Below are positions 1 through 9,658 of a DNA stretch of 64,000 bases, one piece after another. The DNA is from a virus. Every line of letters starts with the position of its first letter. Position 1 is the stretch's first letter. The notes beneath the pieces are model-generated. The model did not search any database. It saw only the letters and a list, made by a program, of their open reading frames with translations, and was not told the origin of the DNA. The position numbers were made by a program, and so were the translations under genes. The DNA is taken from positions 32,001-96,000 of IMG/VR virus record IMGVR_UViG_3300037245_000888. One strand, 5' to 3'.

Positions 1-32
1 TAGGAATGGAATGAATTAGAGAGGAGATAAAA

Positions 33-164
33 ATGATTAATCTTATAGCAGCAATTTTCTGTTTTATAATGGGATTGGGATGCGCAAAGAACGGTGGTAT
101 AATTAGTACTATTTTATGTATGATACTTGCATTATTAAACATATTTGCGTATATGGCTTTATAA
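33..164 (+). CDS. Small 43-aa membrane protein (2 TM), not in ORF track
   Basis: GAGGAG RBS then ATG at 33. Hand translation gives MINLIAAIFCFIMGLGCAKNGGIISTILCMILALLNIFAYMAL*. Confidence 0.7.
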   Translation: MINLIAAIFCFIMGLGCAKNGGIISTILCMILALLNIFAYMAL

Positions 165-179
165 AGAGAGGAGATAAAA

Positions 180-542
180 ATGATCGTTAAATTTGGAATG
201 AATGATAAGGTGAGGATATCAGATACGTCATCTTTATCAGATGAATTCAAAAGAATTAAAAATATAGAAACGATACTTTTTAAAATTGATGGAGCATGTG
301 GTAAAAGGTATAAATTAAAACCACTAACTGAATCGAGATTTAAAAAGGCATTTAATAATGTATGGTTTACTGAAGATTGTTTAGAAATAGTTAGACTAAA
401 TACGATAGATTTTAAAATGTTAAAGTCGGTATGTGTCAATTGGGACGATGAGAGTAGGAGAACTGAAAATTATAGTAACATAGAGTGTCAAATTACTGGA
501 GAAAAATGCTGTCTTGTAAAATGTCCAATTGTAACATTTTAG
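180..542 (+). CDS. Hypothetical phage protein (KFGMNDKVRI-type N-terminal SH3-like domain, Cys-rich C-terminus)
   Basis: ORF with GAGGAG RBS. Confidence 0.7.
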   Translation: MIVKFGMNDKVRISDTSSLSDEFKRIKNIETILFKIDGACGKRYKLKPLTESRFKKAFNNVWFTEDCLEIVRLNTIDFKMLKSVCVNWDDESRRTENYSNIECQITGEKCCLVKCPIVTF

Positions 543-578
543 GGATACAACCATAACCGCACCAGAAAGGAGTGAACA

Positions 579-1022
579 ATGAATGAATTAATGTATTATT
601 ACATTTTAGAATTATCGTTAGTAGGAGTATTATATTTGATTGTACAATTTGCACAATCAAAATCTATAGCATATAATGAAGAATATAAGTGGGTACTTGG
701 TGACATAAAGTATTATATGAACATGCACAAATTTAAATTTACATTAAGATATATTGCATTATTTATTTTATACTTCATTCCAGTTATAAATATAATTGTG
801 GTTTTCGGTAGATTATTATGTACAATGGATTCAGATAAAATGAGATATTTGTCTAATTGTATTATATCGATGATTAAGCCTCATGTGGATGAAAATTACC
901 CACATTTATATAGTCAGGTTGGAATGGCTGATAATATTGAAGAAGATGAATATTATATGTATACGATTAAATTAGTTGTGGAGTTAAATAGGGAGAGTAA
1001 TATTAAAGGAGAGGAGGATTAA
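579..1022 (+). CDS. Hypothetical membrane protein
   Basis: AAGGAG RBS; two hydrophobic segments. Confidence 0.7.
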   Translation: MNELMYYYILELSLVGVLYLIVQFAQSKSIAYNEEYKWVLGDIKYYMNMHKFKFTLRYIALFILYFIPVINIIVVFGRLLCTMDSDKMRYLSNCIISMIKPHVDENYPHLYSQVGMADNIEEDEYYMYTIKLVVELNRESNIKGEED

Positions 1023-1025
1023 TAA

Positions 1026-1367
1026 ATGTATGTATTCATAGGAACATTTACAATATGTATTTTAGTATTATTGCTGAATTATTACTTAAACAATATGCAT
1101 AAAGATAAACTGACAGAGAAGAAAACCTATAATAGTTATAAAACAATAAAAGAATCATACGAAGTGGCACTTATGTTGTCATGTATTTTTCAATTGTTGA
1201 TTGGAATTGTATTTATTATAGCTGGGATAATCTTAAATAGTCCAGCGGTTTTAGTAGGAATTGTGTTATGTTCATTAGGTATTTTATGTATAGCTACATT
1301 AAACATCAAAGAAGGATCAATAAGAGTAATTAAAAGATGGATTGAAGACAAGAGGGAGAATAATTAA
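1026..1367 (+). CDS. Hypothetical membrane protein (3 TM)
   Basis: GAGGAGG RBS; three hydrophobic segments. Confidence 0.7.
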   Translation: MYVFIGTFTICILVLLLNYYLNNMHKDKLTEKKTYNSYKTIKESYEVALMLSCIFQLLIGIVFIIAGIILNSPAVLVGIVLCSLGILCIATLNIKEGSIRVIKRWIEDKRENN

Positions 1368-1368
1368 A

Positions 1369-1848
1369 ATGAAAGGATTACAAGAATGTATTAATTGGAT
1401 GATGGATAATCCATTGAAGAATTTAGAAATAGCAGAAGGTATTGCGATTGCTTACTTTGAAAAAGGTATGTTTTACGAAGGATATAGAGACGAAGCAGAG
1501 GTTTCTGCTATTGATGATTTCTCTATGTTTGATGATAATTATTGGATACCACAATCAGAAAAAGATGAACACGATGCTAAAACTGAAGCTGATAGACTTG
1601 CTGCAATGTCATGTGAAGAGTTATTGTTTGAATGTATTGAGAAGAATATCGATGGATATTTGTCTGTTGAATCTTCTATTTCATTTATAGCAGAATTTAG
1701 TGATGATAAAGTTGCAGTAGACACATCAGGTTTATCAGATGAAATATTCCAATTTTTAAATAGTAATGGAGTTACATTGATTAAGGATGATAAGTTAGTT
1801 GTATTAGAAGATAAGGCTTCTAAATATGATAGTTTATGTGATGAATAA
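1369..1848 (+). CDS. Hypothetical acidic protein
   Basis: ORF track 1342..1848; the ATG at 1369 follows a GAGGGAG RBS. Confidence 0.65.
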   Translation: MKGLQECINWMMDNPLKNLEIAEGIAIAYFEKGMFYEGYRDEAEVSAIDDFSMFDDNYWIPQSEKDEHDAKTEADRLAAMSCEELLFECIEKNIDGYLSVESSISFIAEFSDDKVAVDTSGLSDEIFQFLNSNGVTLIKDDKLVVLEDKASKYDSLCDE

Positions 1849-1859
1849 AAGGAGGAAAA

Positions 1860-2447
1860 ATGAAAAATAAAATTATTATATTATGTGGTGAATCATCATC
1901 AGGTAAGGACTCTATATTAAACATATTAATAAAAGAGTATGGATGGCATAAAGCGGTGTCATACACGACAAGACCAATGAGACAAGGTGAGAAAGATGGA
2001 TATGATTATCATTTCTTAATGTCGAATATCCGGTTTAATGAATTAATGGATACTGGACATATGTTTGAGAAAACAGAATATAAAACTAATATGGGTTTGT
2101 GGCTATATGGATTAGGAGAAGATAGTTTTGTAGATGATAATATTAATGTGTGTATTGTTAATCCTCATGGATTAGATCAATTGTTAGAAATTGAATCATT
2201 GAAAGATAGATTAGTTGTATTTTATATAACAGCTCCGTTCAAACAGAGATTCTTTAGATATTTAAAAAGAGATGCTGATAATGAAAAACATAAGATTGAG
2301 TTGGTTGATAGATTTATAAGAGATGAAGATGATTTTAAAGGGTTTGCAATTAAATATAATACTCTTTCATATAGTAATAAAGATGGCTGTGATATTGAGA
2401 GCTTCTTAATTCTCATGAGAGCAGTTATAAAAGGAGGAGTAATTTAA
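1860..2447 (+). CDS. gmk: Guanylate kinase
   Basis: P-loop CGESSSGKD and the GK signature VSYTTRPMRQGEKDGYDYHF. Confidence 0.9.
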   Translation: MKNKIIILCGESSSGKDSILNILIKEYGWHKAVSYTTRPMRQGEKDGYDYHFLMSNIRFNELMDTGHMFEKTEYKTNMGLWLYGLGEDSFVDDNINVCIVNPHGLDQLLEIESLKDRLVVFYITAPFKQRFFRYLKRDADNEKHKIELVDRFIRDEDDFKGFAIKYNTLSYSNKDGCDIESFLILMRAVIKGGVI

Positions 2448-3097
2448 TGAATAAAATAAGAGCAGTAGTATTCGATTTTGACGGTGTAGTAGTTTCATCG
2501 GGAGATGTAATCTGCAAACTATATAATTTAGATCCAATTAACTATGAAGATCAAAACTTTGAAGAAGCAGATTTTTCCAAATGTGTGAAGTGGGATATGT
2601 CGGATGTAGTTCCATTAATAGATTCAAAGACTCAAGAAAATATGTTTGCGTCATCAGACTTCTTTGACAATGTAGAATTTAATGTTGGCATGAAAGATCT
2701 AATCAATCAGTTACATGAAGAGGAATATCAAATAGTATTCTGCTCAAGAGGAACAGTTGAAAATATTAACAAGAAAAATAAATGGCTTAAGAAACATTTT
2801 CCTTTTGCAATCATGTTACCTGTAATTGGTAGCTGGGATGCTGTCATTGAGAAAGATTGGATTAATATGAAGGATTGTGTTTTCATTGATGATAGATCAA
2901 ACAATCTTAGTAGCAGTAATGCATCATTTAAAATTCTATATGACGAACACAACAAATTTGGAAGAGAATGGAATAGTGGAGTTGATTGTGCTGATACATT
3001 CGCTGGTAGTGCATTTAATATTTATACTGAGATTAAGAAATATGAAAATGGTGATTATGATGTAAAAGAAGAATGTGTAGCAATTAACCAAAAATAA
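2447..3097 (+). CDS. HAD-family 5'(3')-deoxyribonucleotidase
   Basis: HAD motif I FDFDGVV, K..WLKKHFP, motif IV FIDDRSNNL. Confidence 0.8.
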   Translation: MNKIRAVVFDFDGVVVSSGDVICKLYNLDPINYEDQNFEEADFSKCVKWDMSDVVPLIDSKTQENMFASSDFFDNVEFNVGMKDLINQLHEEEYQIVFCSRGTVENINKKNKWLKKHFPFAIMLPVIGSWDAVIEKDWINMKDCVFIDDRSNNLSSSNASFKILYDEHNKFGREWNSGVDCADTFAGSAFNIYTEIKKYENGDYDVKEECVAINQK

Positions 3098-3100
3098 CTC

Positions 3101-3129
3101 TTGCACTCTACTATCTCCTGTGGTATCAT
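3101..3129 (+). promoter_or_regulatory. sigmaA-type promoter for the recombinase
   Basis: TTGCAC-17nt-TATCAT with extended -10 TG. Confidence 0.55.
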
Positions 3130-3197
3130 TAAATCAGAAGTTAAGATAATTAAACAAACAGATCACAACAAACAATAATAATATAGTGGAGGTAGTT

Positions 3198-4076
3198 ATG
3201 AGTGAGAGTATGTTAATTAAATCAAATTTGGTAGATGGTTTCGTGAGCTTCAAAATTAAAATTAATGTATTAGATAAAACAATATCAGAATATAAAGCAA
3301 GTGTAGATAAATTTATCATTTGGTTACAAGATCAGGATAATGCTAAACTTGACAAGTCATCTACTGATAATATGTTGGTAAGTGTAACTCGCAAGATAGC
3401 GCAATCGTATGTGTTTGTAATTAGAGAGACATTGAAATTTAATAGCACTAAGAAAGCGATAGCAGGTATTCTTCAACTTTACAATTTTATCATGATGGAA
3501 ATGGATTTACTTGGAAATGCTTTTAGTGGATTACAGGTGCCAAAGGATAGTGTTACTGAAATTAAAGAATACATTTCATTAAAGGAATCTAATATAATAT
3601 TAAATTCATGTGAAAGTACTCAACACAGATTACTAATTGGACTGGCTTTTAAATCTGGATTAAGAATTCAAGAAATTTCTAAAATTGAAGTCGCTAATAT
3701 TGATTTAGAAAACAAAACGATTGATGTATTGAGAAAAGGTAGACGTATGCGTAGATTAGATATTGCTGCTGAATTAATTAATGATTTAACTATTCAAGTT
3801 GAGAATTGTAATGCACTTAATCACACCTTCTTATTTCAAGGTAGAAGAGGTATTAAGCCATTGACAACCAAATCTATCAGAGATACTTTTGATGGTTATC
3901 TTGGCAAACTAGACTTGAATTCTGACTACGTATTCCATAGTTTAAGAAAGGTTTATAGTACAGATTTATATTATAATGAGAATAAGACAATGCATGAGAT
4001 AAGTAAATTATTAGATCATAGTAATACCGGAATTACTGAATTGTATGTTTTGGATAAGAAGTATGTTGAGCTATAA
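3198..4076 (+). CDS. Tyrosine recombinase (XerC/D-like integrase/resolvase)
   Basis: Catalytic set GLRIQE, RKG, HSLR, LDH, TELY. GGAGG RBS before ATG 3198. Confidence 0.9.
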   Translation: MSESMLIKSNLVDGFVSFKIKINVLDKTISEYKASVDKFIIWLQDQDNAKLDKSSTDNMLVSVTRKIAQSYVFVIRETLKFNSTKKAIAGILQLYNFIMMEMDLLGNAFSGLQVPKDSVTEIKEYISLKESNIILNSCESTQHRLLIGLAFKSGLRIQEISKIEVANIDLENKTIDVLRKGRRMRRLDIAAELINDLTIQVENCNALNHTFLFQGRRGIKPLTTKSIRDTFDGYLGKLDLNSDYVFHSLRKVYSTDLYYNENKTMHEISKLLDHSNTGITELYVLDKKYVEL

Positions 4077-4089
4077 AGGGAGAATTGAA

Positions 4090-4257
4090 ATGAATGTTTT
4101 AGAAAAGCAAGAATTTTGTGGAGTGATTAAACAGGGGTTAGAAGTTGGATTGGGCATTCCTGATATTTCAGGAGAGAAATGTCGTGGATATACAGTGAGT
4201 AAAGACAATGATGAACCACATGATTTATGCAAAGGCTGTAAATTCTTAGACTTATAG
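4090..4257 (+). CDS. Small Cys-containing hypothetical protein
   Basis: AGGGAG RBS before ATG 4090; C..CxxC residues. Confidence 0.6.
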   Translation: MNVLEKQEFCGVIKQGLEVGLGIPDISGEKCRGYTVSKDNDEPHDLCKGCKFLDL

Positions 4258-4281
4258 TAAATTATAAAGGAGAAAAATAAA

Positions 4282-4515
4282 ATGAAACTAAAACTATTAA
4301 ATCCATTCAGACGTAAAAAGAAATCTAAAATACTCTTAATGTGGATAGATATAACAAATATCACAGGATTCAAAAACAGAGATAAAAATAGTTGTACAAC
4401 TTATAATCATCCGATTATTAGTTGTTTGCCTGATGATATTAAGCAAGAGGTAATTGAACATATTGAAAAGGTAATAGATTTAATTAGGGATAATGGAGAT
4501 ATGGATATATTATAA
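4282..4515 (+). CDS. Hypothetical protein
   Basis: AAGGAG RBS, ORF. Confidence 0.6.
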   Translation: MKLKLLNPFRRKKKSKILLMWIDITNITGFKNRDKNSCTTYNHPIISCLPDDIKQEVIEHIEKVIDLIRDNGDMDIL

Positions 4516-4525
4516 GGAGGGTTAA

Positions 4526-4846
4526 ATGAAACAAATAATACATGAATTTATATTTACAATATTAGCTAAAATCGATAGAATATTCAAAGGTGATCTTGAT
4601 ATTTCAGATAGGCCTCAAACAGTAATGGTAGAATGTTATCATACTTTATATATGTATCACTATCATAAGATATCTGATAAGTATATAGATACATGCTGTT
4701 ATAATGTAAATTCACCAAGTAATGTTCAACACTTTGCAAACATAGAAAATCACAAATGGATGACAAGCAGTAAGACACTAGATATATCAGATGTACAACA
4801 TATAATTGATCAACTAGATAAAATGTATAAGTATAAGGAGATGTAA
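4526..4846 (+). CDS. Hypothetical protein
   Basis: AAGGAGG RBS, ORF. Confidence 0.6.
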   Translation: MKQIIHEFIFTILAKIDRIFKGDLDISDRPQTVMVECYHTLYMYHYHKISDKYIDTCCYNVNSPSNVQHFANIENHKWMTSSKTLDISDVQHIIDQLDKMYKYKEM

Positions 4847-4847
4847 A

Positions 4848-6791
4848 ATGAAGCAAATAATTTTAGAATTAATTGAGTTTTTAAATTATAACTCAAACAT
4901 TTATTACAATAATTTATCTCAAGATTGTATTAGTGACACACTGTGGGACAAAACATTCGATGAACTAAAACAACTAGAAGATAAAACTGGCATTATAATG
5001 TCAAATAGTCCAACTCAAAATGCTGGATATCCAGTAGTAGATGGATTAAATAAAATTAAACATAGCACTCCATTATTGTCTCTTGGTAAAACTAAAAATG
5101 TAAATGATCTTGTTAAGTTTTTAGGATATAGAGAAGGTGTTCTGATGTTTAAATTAGATGGAGGAACTCAAATTGTAGACTATGAACATGGAGATTTTGA
5201 TTATCTAGCAACAAGAGGTAGCTCATCTACAAATGAAGGACAAGATATTACTCATAACGCTTCAGCTATTATTGGGATTCCAAAATCTATAGGAACCAAC
5301 CATATTCAAGTTGTTGGTGAAGGAATTATGTACAGGTCTAAGCTAGAAGAAATTAACTCTAAATTGAATCCAGAAGATCAGTATGCTAATGCTAGAAACT
5401 TAGCTAATGCATCTGCCTCAATGTTAGATTCTAAAAGAGTTGCTGCAAGAGACATTAGATTTATTGCATTTGCTACTCTGGAATGTGATGATTTTTCCAC
5501 TAAAGTCAACGAATTAAAACAGTTGGAATCAGAAGGCTTCAGAGTGGTTGAACATGTATTAGTTACAAAGGATAATTTAATAGAAGAAGTTGAGAGAATG
5601 ACTAAATTAAGAAGTGAATTGGATTATGATATTGATGGATTGGTGTTAGCGCATAATGATATGGAGTATGGTAGATCACTTGGTAAAACATCTCATCACT
5701 TTAAAAATGCTATGGCCTTTAAATTTGAAGACGATGAAGAAGAAACTACATTAAGAAATATTTTAGTTGATATTGGAAAATCTGGACAAGTATCATATGT
5801 TGCAGAATTCGACTCTGTAGAGCTTTGTGGAACCACAGTAGGAAAGGCAAGCTTAAGTAATTATAGTCTTATAGAAGGCTTAAAATTGGGTATAGGGGAC
5901 ACTATTACAGTAAGAAAGGCTAATGAAATTATACCTCAAGTTACTGGTAATTTAACAATGAGCAATACATATGAGAAGGCATTAAATTGTCCTGTATGTG
6001 GATCTGAATTAGAACATAATGGAATACATCAATTCTGTACAAACTTTGGATGTGATAATCAAGTAATTGGTAGACTGGTTCATTTCTGCTCTAGAGAAGC
6101 TATGGATATTAGTGGATTAAGTGAAGAAACAATCAGAACAATTTATAATAACTTCAATCCTAAAGTATTATATGGATTAGAGACAATATATGATTTACCT
6201 TCTAATAAAGAATCATTAATGACATTAGATAGATTTGGCAAAAGAAAAGTAGATAAATTCTGTGATGCTATTGAATCATCTAAAACTATGGATTTAAATA
6301 GAGTGTTATACGCATTATCTATTCCATCAGTGGGTAGAACAGCTAGTAAGAAGATTGCTGAACATTATGGTTCAATGAGGAATATTTTAGATGGAGTTAT
6401 GAAATATAAAGTAGCTCAATTAGTTGGAGAATCTGTTGCTGAGAAATTCATGGAGTATTTTGAGAAAAACAACTTTATAAACATGATTGAGCATCTACTG
6501 TCATTAGGTCTAACAATGGTTCAACCAAAAGAACTGGTTAGCTCTGACAGCACAATATCAGGATTAAACTTCTGCGTAACCGGAAAAGTGTTTACATTTA
6601 AGAATAGAGATGAGCTAAAAGCTAAAATATCAGAATTAGGTGGAAAGAATCAGAGTGGTGTCTCTAAGAATACTGACTACTTAATTAACAATGATATTGA
6701 ATCTGTAACCGGTAAAAATAAGAAAGCTAAAGACTTAGATGTTAAAATTATAACTGAAGATCAATTCATTGAAATGATTGGTGGATTATAG
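4848..6791 (+). CDS. ligA: NAD-dependent DNA ligase
   Basis: KLDG adenylation motif, ATRG, ARN, DIDGLV, AFKF, EIIPQV, CPVC..C..C zinc finger, HhH repeats and a C-terminal BRCT (VTG..RDELK..GGK..SGVSKNTDYL). Confidence 0.97.
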   Translation: MKQIILELIEFLNYNSNIYYNNLSQDCISDTLWDKTFDELKQLEDKTGIIMSNSPTQNAGYPVVDGLNKIKHSTPLLSLGKTKNVNDLVKFLGYREGVLMFKLDGGTQIVDYEHGDFDYLATRGSSSTNEGQDITHNASAIIGIPKSIGTNHIQVVGEGIMYRSKLEEINSKLNPEDQYANARNLANASASMLDSKRVAARDIRFIAFATLECDDFSTKVNELKQLESEGFRVVEHVLVTKDNLIEEVERMTKLRSELDYDIDGLVLAHNDMEYGRSLGKTSHHFKNAMAFKFEDDEEETTLRNILVDIGKSGQVSYVAEFDSVELCGTTVGKASLSNYSLIEGLKLGIGDTITVRKANEIIPQVTGNLTMSNTYEKALNCPVCGSELEHNGIHQFCTNFGCDNQVIGRLVHFCSREAMDISGLSEETIRTIYNNFNPKVLYGLETIYDLPSNKESLMTLDRFGKRKVDKFCDAIESSKTMDLNRVLYALSIPSVGRTASKKIAEHYGSMRNILDGVMKYKVAQLVGESVAEKFMEYFEKNNFINMIEHLLSLGLTMVQPKELVSSDSTISGLNFCVTGKVFTFKNRDELKAKISELGGKNQSGVSKNTDYLINNDIESVTGKNKKAKDLDVKIITEDQFIEMIGGL

Positions 6792-6820
6792 AAAGTTAAG
6801 AAATAAATATTAATTAATCA

Positions 6821-6849
6821 TTGACATCATGTATATGAGATGTTAGTAT
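6821..6849 (+). promoter_or_regulatory. sigmaA-type promoter
   Basis: TTGACA-17nt-TAGTAT with extended TG. Confidence 0.7.
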
Positions 6850-6914
6850 AGAGAGGTAAGGCAGCGTAATTACATTGAGTAGTTAACAAGCCTACGTGAA
6901 AGGAGAGTAAAATT

Positions 6915-7235
6915 ATGTTAGTAGAAAAGGCAATTAAACACTTCCAAGATGAGGAAGGAAATGAACTTGACGATGTTATTGAGTTTGGTAAATCGATTGT
7001 AACAAAAGGTGGAACATTTAGAGAAAGAGAAAATGTAAAAGTTGTCACTGAAAAAGGTGATGTGTTTGAAGGTATGTTATTTAAAGTAAGTACATTGGCT
7101 CCGAGTTCTCCAAAGGAATTAGTAATACTTGATGAGCATGGAGTAAAGCATGTAATTAAATATTGTGATATTGTTGAGAAAGATGGATTGACGTTAATTC
7201 AGGATGAAGATAGTGAAGAGAATGAAGACGATTAG
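6915..7235 (+). CDS. Hypothetical protein (possible Sm/SH3-like beta fold, acidic tail)
   Basis: AAGGAG RBS, downstream of a promoter. Confidence 0.65.
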   Translation: MLVEKAIKHFQDEEGNELDDVIEFGKSIVTKGGTFRERENVKVVTEKGDVFEGMLFKVSTLAPSSPKELVILDEHGVKHVIKYCDIVEKDGLTLIQDEDSEENEDD

Positions 7236-7357
7236 GAGTGTGATCAAAATAATCTTATCCGATATAGTAGACTTTGTTTATGGATTGCTGCTGTGGGTGA
7301 TAGTTAGAGTGAGTTAGAATATTATTAGAGTGTGTTAAATTATTAATTTGAAATGTA

Positions 7358-7386
7358 TTGACACAAAGGTAAAAATGAATTAGAAT
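7358..7386 (+). promoter_or_regulatory. sigmaA-type promoter for the replication operon
   Basis: TTGACA-17nt-TAGAAT. Confidence 0.75.
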
Positions 7387-7447
7387 ATAAAGTGTAGTAG
7401 TGTAGTATAAGTGAAACTAAACTAAGAATATTAAAGGAGAATTATTT

Positions 7448-8557
7448 ATGGCTAAGAAGAAAGAGGAAAGAAAAGTAAAAAACACGAATGGATCATTTGA
7501 GTTAGTGGGTGCAATTAATCTAGGATTAGACAAGTTTTCTGCTAAGACAAGCGATTCAGGATATAAATACCAGAGATTTTCTTCTAGTATTAACTGTGGA
7601 TCGACTAAACCAAGAATTCAAGCAATGGGCGGATTCTTCCCAAATAATCCATATCCTATCAGCTACTATGATAATGGTGCAAAGTGTGAAATCGATTGGG
7701 TTGATAGATTAAATGAAAAGATTGTAAAAGAAGTTCCAAACTATAATAGAATTACTCTTGGAGTTACTAGAGATGAGTCTGGTGCAATCGTATACAAAGA
7801 CTTTTTATCATGGTTTGATGCCATGGCTGAATTACAGAAGTTACAAGATGGATCTGTAGTAAAAGTCAAAGGTGATGTTAAGTACCAAATATATGAAAAA
7901 GACGGAAAAGAGACAACAAATTATCAACTTGAAGTAAATAAGATCTACCTATGTGATGCTGAAGAAGAAGATTTCCACGCTACATTTAAGCAGGTTGTAT
8001 TATTTGATGAAGACTCTATTGATAAAGCCAGATATAAAGAAGATAAAGAAATTGACATCTTTGGTACTGTCATTCAATATGATAGCACAATTAAAGTTTC
8101 AAGACCAATGCCATTTAAATATGTTGTTGCGTTGGAAGATTTTAAATCACCTGATCAATTTAAAAAAATGCTTGCTCTTATGAAGGTTAAAACAGGAGTT
8201 TTAGGATTTGAAGTGCTTGGAGATATTCATGCTGAAACATCTGTTAGACAGGCTACAGTGGAAGATTTTAGTGCAGATTTATTAGATTTCTATGAAGATG
8301 ATGTTGATACTTTATTAGAAGAGAAAATTATAGACAATAGTGCTGGCGGTAACTTCTTATCTATAACTAAACCAGCTATGAGAGTCAATAAGAAGACTAC
8401 GAAGAAAGAGTTATTTAGAGAAGCCAAAGATTGGTTGCCAGAGGACTTAATTTTCCAAGGTAAAAAGGAAGAAACTGTTGAAGATATTGATGATTTGATT
8501 GATGGCGAATTAAACTTAGATGACTTAGATCTAGATTTGGATTTAGACTTAGATTAA
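7448..8557 (+). CDS. Putative single-stranded DNA-binding protein (SPbeta-like replication module)
   Basis: OB-fold-like segment (VKVKGDVKYQIYEKDGKETTNYQLEVNKI), long acidic tail ending in (LD)n, and position before the ATPase-helicase-primase genes. Confidence 0.6.
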   Translation: MAKKKEERKVKNTNGSFELVGAINLGLDKFSAKTSDSGYKYQRFSSSINCGSTKPRIQAMGGFFPNNPYPISYYDNGAKCEIDWVDRLNEKIVKEVPNYNRITLGVTRDESGAIVYKDFLSWFDAMAELQKLQDGSVVKVKGDVKYQIYEKDGKETTNYQLEVNKIYLCDAEEEDFHATFKQVVLFDEDSIDKARYKEDKEIDIFGTVIQYDSTIKVSRPMPFKYVVALEDFKSPDQFKKMLALMKVKTGVLGFEVLGDIHAETSVRQATVEDFSADLLDFYEDDVDTLLEEKIIDNSAGGNFLSITKPAMRVNKKTTKKELFREAKDWLPEDLIFQGKKEETVEDIDDLIDGELNLDDLDLDLDLDLD

Positions 8558-8561
8558 TAAA

Positions 8562-8592
8562 ATATGTGGGTATTGTATTAATGCCCACATAT
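8562..8592 (+). terminator. Stem-loop after the SSB-like gene (terminator or processing site)
   Basis: ATATGTGGGTATT / AATGCCCACATAT inverted repeat; weak U-tract. Confidence 0.5.
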
Positions 8593-8626
8593 CAATTATA
8601 AAATTAGTATTATTTGGAGGAATTAT

Positions 8627-9592
8627 ATGAGTATAGAGATAAGAAAAGTTGGCTCAAGAGTCGTTGGATGGAAGGTGTTATTGTTGGCAGATACAGAATG
8701 TGGTAAAACTACATTTGGACTATCAATGCCTAAATCATTAGTCCTAGATTCTGAGGACGGCTGGGCACATTATGAAGATATTGCAGAAAACACAATTGGT
8801 ATTGTAAGCACATCATCTACAAAAGATGTAAAAGAGATGTTTGAGATGTTAGAAGATGGAGAAGATCTATTGGATGAGATGCAAACGCTTATTACAGACT
8901 CAAAATCAAATATTTACTCAGGTCAACAAATATCAGCTATGGAAGTTGAAGAACGTAGAGCTAGAAGTAAAAAGGGTGAAGTAGATGATCAGACCGTATC
9001 TCAAAGAGGTTGGGGTAAGATTAAGTTAGATACCAAAAGACTTCAAGCATTAACAATAGATTTAGCATCTAGAGGTAAGTTTGTGGTTGATATGGCACAA
9101 GAGGTTGAGATCATAAAGCAAGTTGGAGATAAAAGAATTGTCATTGGATATAAGCCGGATATTCATAAAACTGAGAAATTCGTATATGATACCATCATTA
9201 GATTATCTAGAGAGAAGGTTGGTGAGGAGTACACATATAAGGCTGAGATATACAAAGATAGAACTAAAGTATACAAAGCTGGTGACATAATTGAAGGTGG
9301 CGTAAGCTGGGAGAACTGGAAACCTTATTTCGACAATAAGAATAAAAAAGGTGCTAAAGTAGTTAAGACATCTTATCAGGATGATGTAGAGAAAGATGAA
9401 AAAGTATTAGAAAACGAAGACGATACAATATCTCTTGCAATTGCAGCAGTTAAAAGAGTTGCCAAGGAAAAAGGAAAAGCTGAATTGGTTCCAATCTTTA
9501 AAGGTGCTAAGATCAAAGCAATAAAAGATATAAATAGTATTGAAATTGCTAAAACTGTTTTAGGATTAGCGAATGAGAAATTATCAGAATAA
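8627..9592 (+). CDS. AAA_24/Sak4-like ATPase (recombination/annealing)
   Basis: Walker A ADTECGKTT, LDSEDG, LITDS, WGKIK motifs. Confidence 0.75.
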   Translation: MSIEIRKVGSRVVGWKVLLLADTECGKTTFGLSMPKSLVLDSEDGWAHYEDIAENTIGIVSTSSTKDVKEMFEMLEDGEDLLDEMQTLITDSKSNIYSGQQISAMEVEERRARSKKGEVDDQTVSQRGWGKIKLDTKRLQALTIDLASRGKFVVDMAQEVEIIKQVGDKRIVIGYKPDIHKTEKFVYDTIIRLSREKVGEEYTYKAEIYKDRTKVYKAGDIIEGGVSWENWKPYFDNKNKKGAKVVKTSYQDDVEKDEKVLENEDDTISLAIAAVKRVAKEKGKAELVPIFKGAKIKAIKDINSIEIAKTVLGLANEKLSE

Positions 9593-9658
9593 TTAAAACT
9601 GAATAGGGATTAATATTTCTATTCTTTCTTTTGATATTATATATGAAGGGAGATAAAA

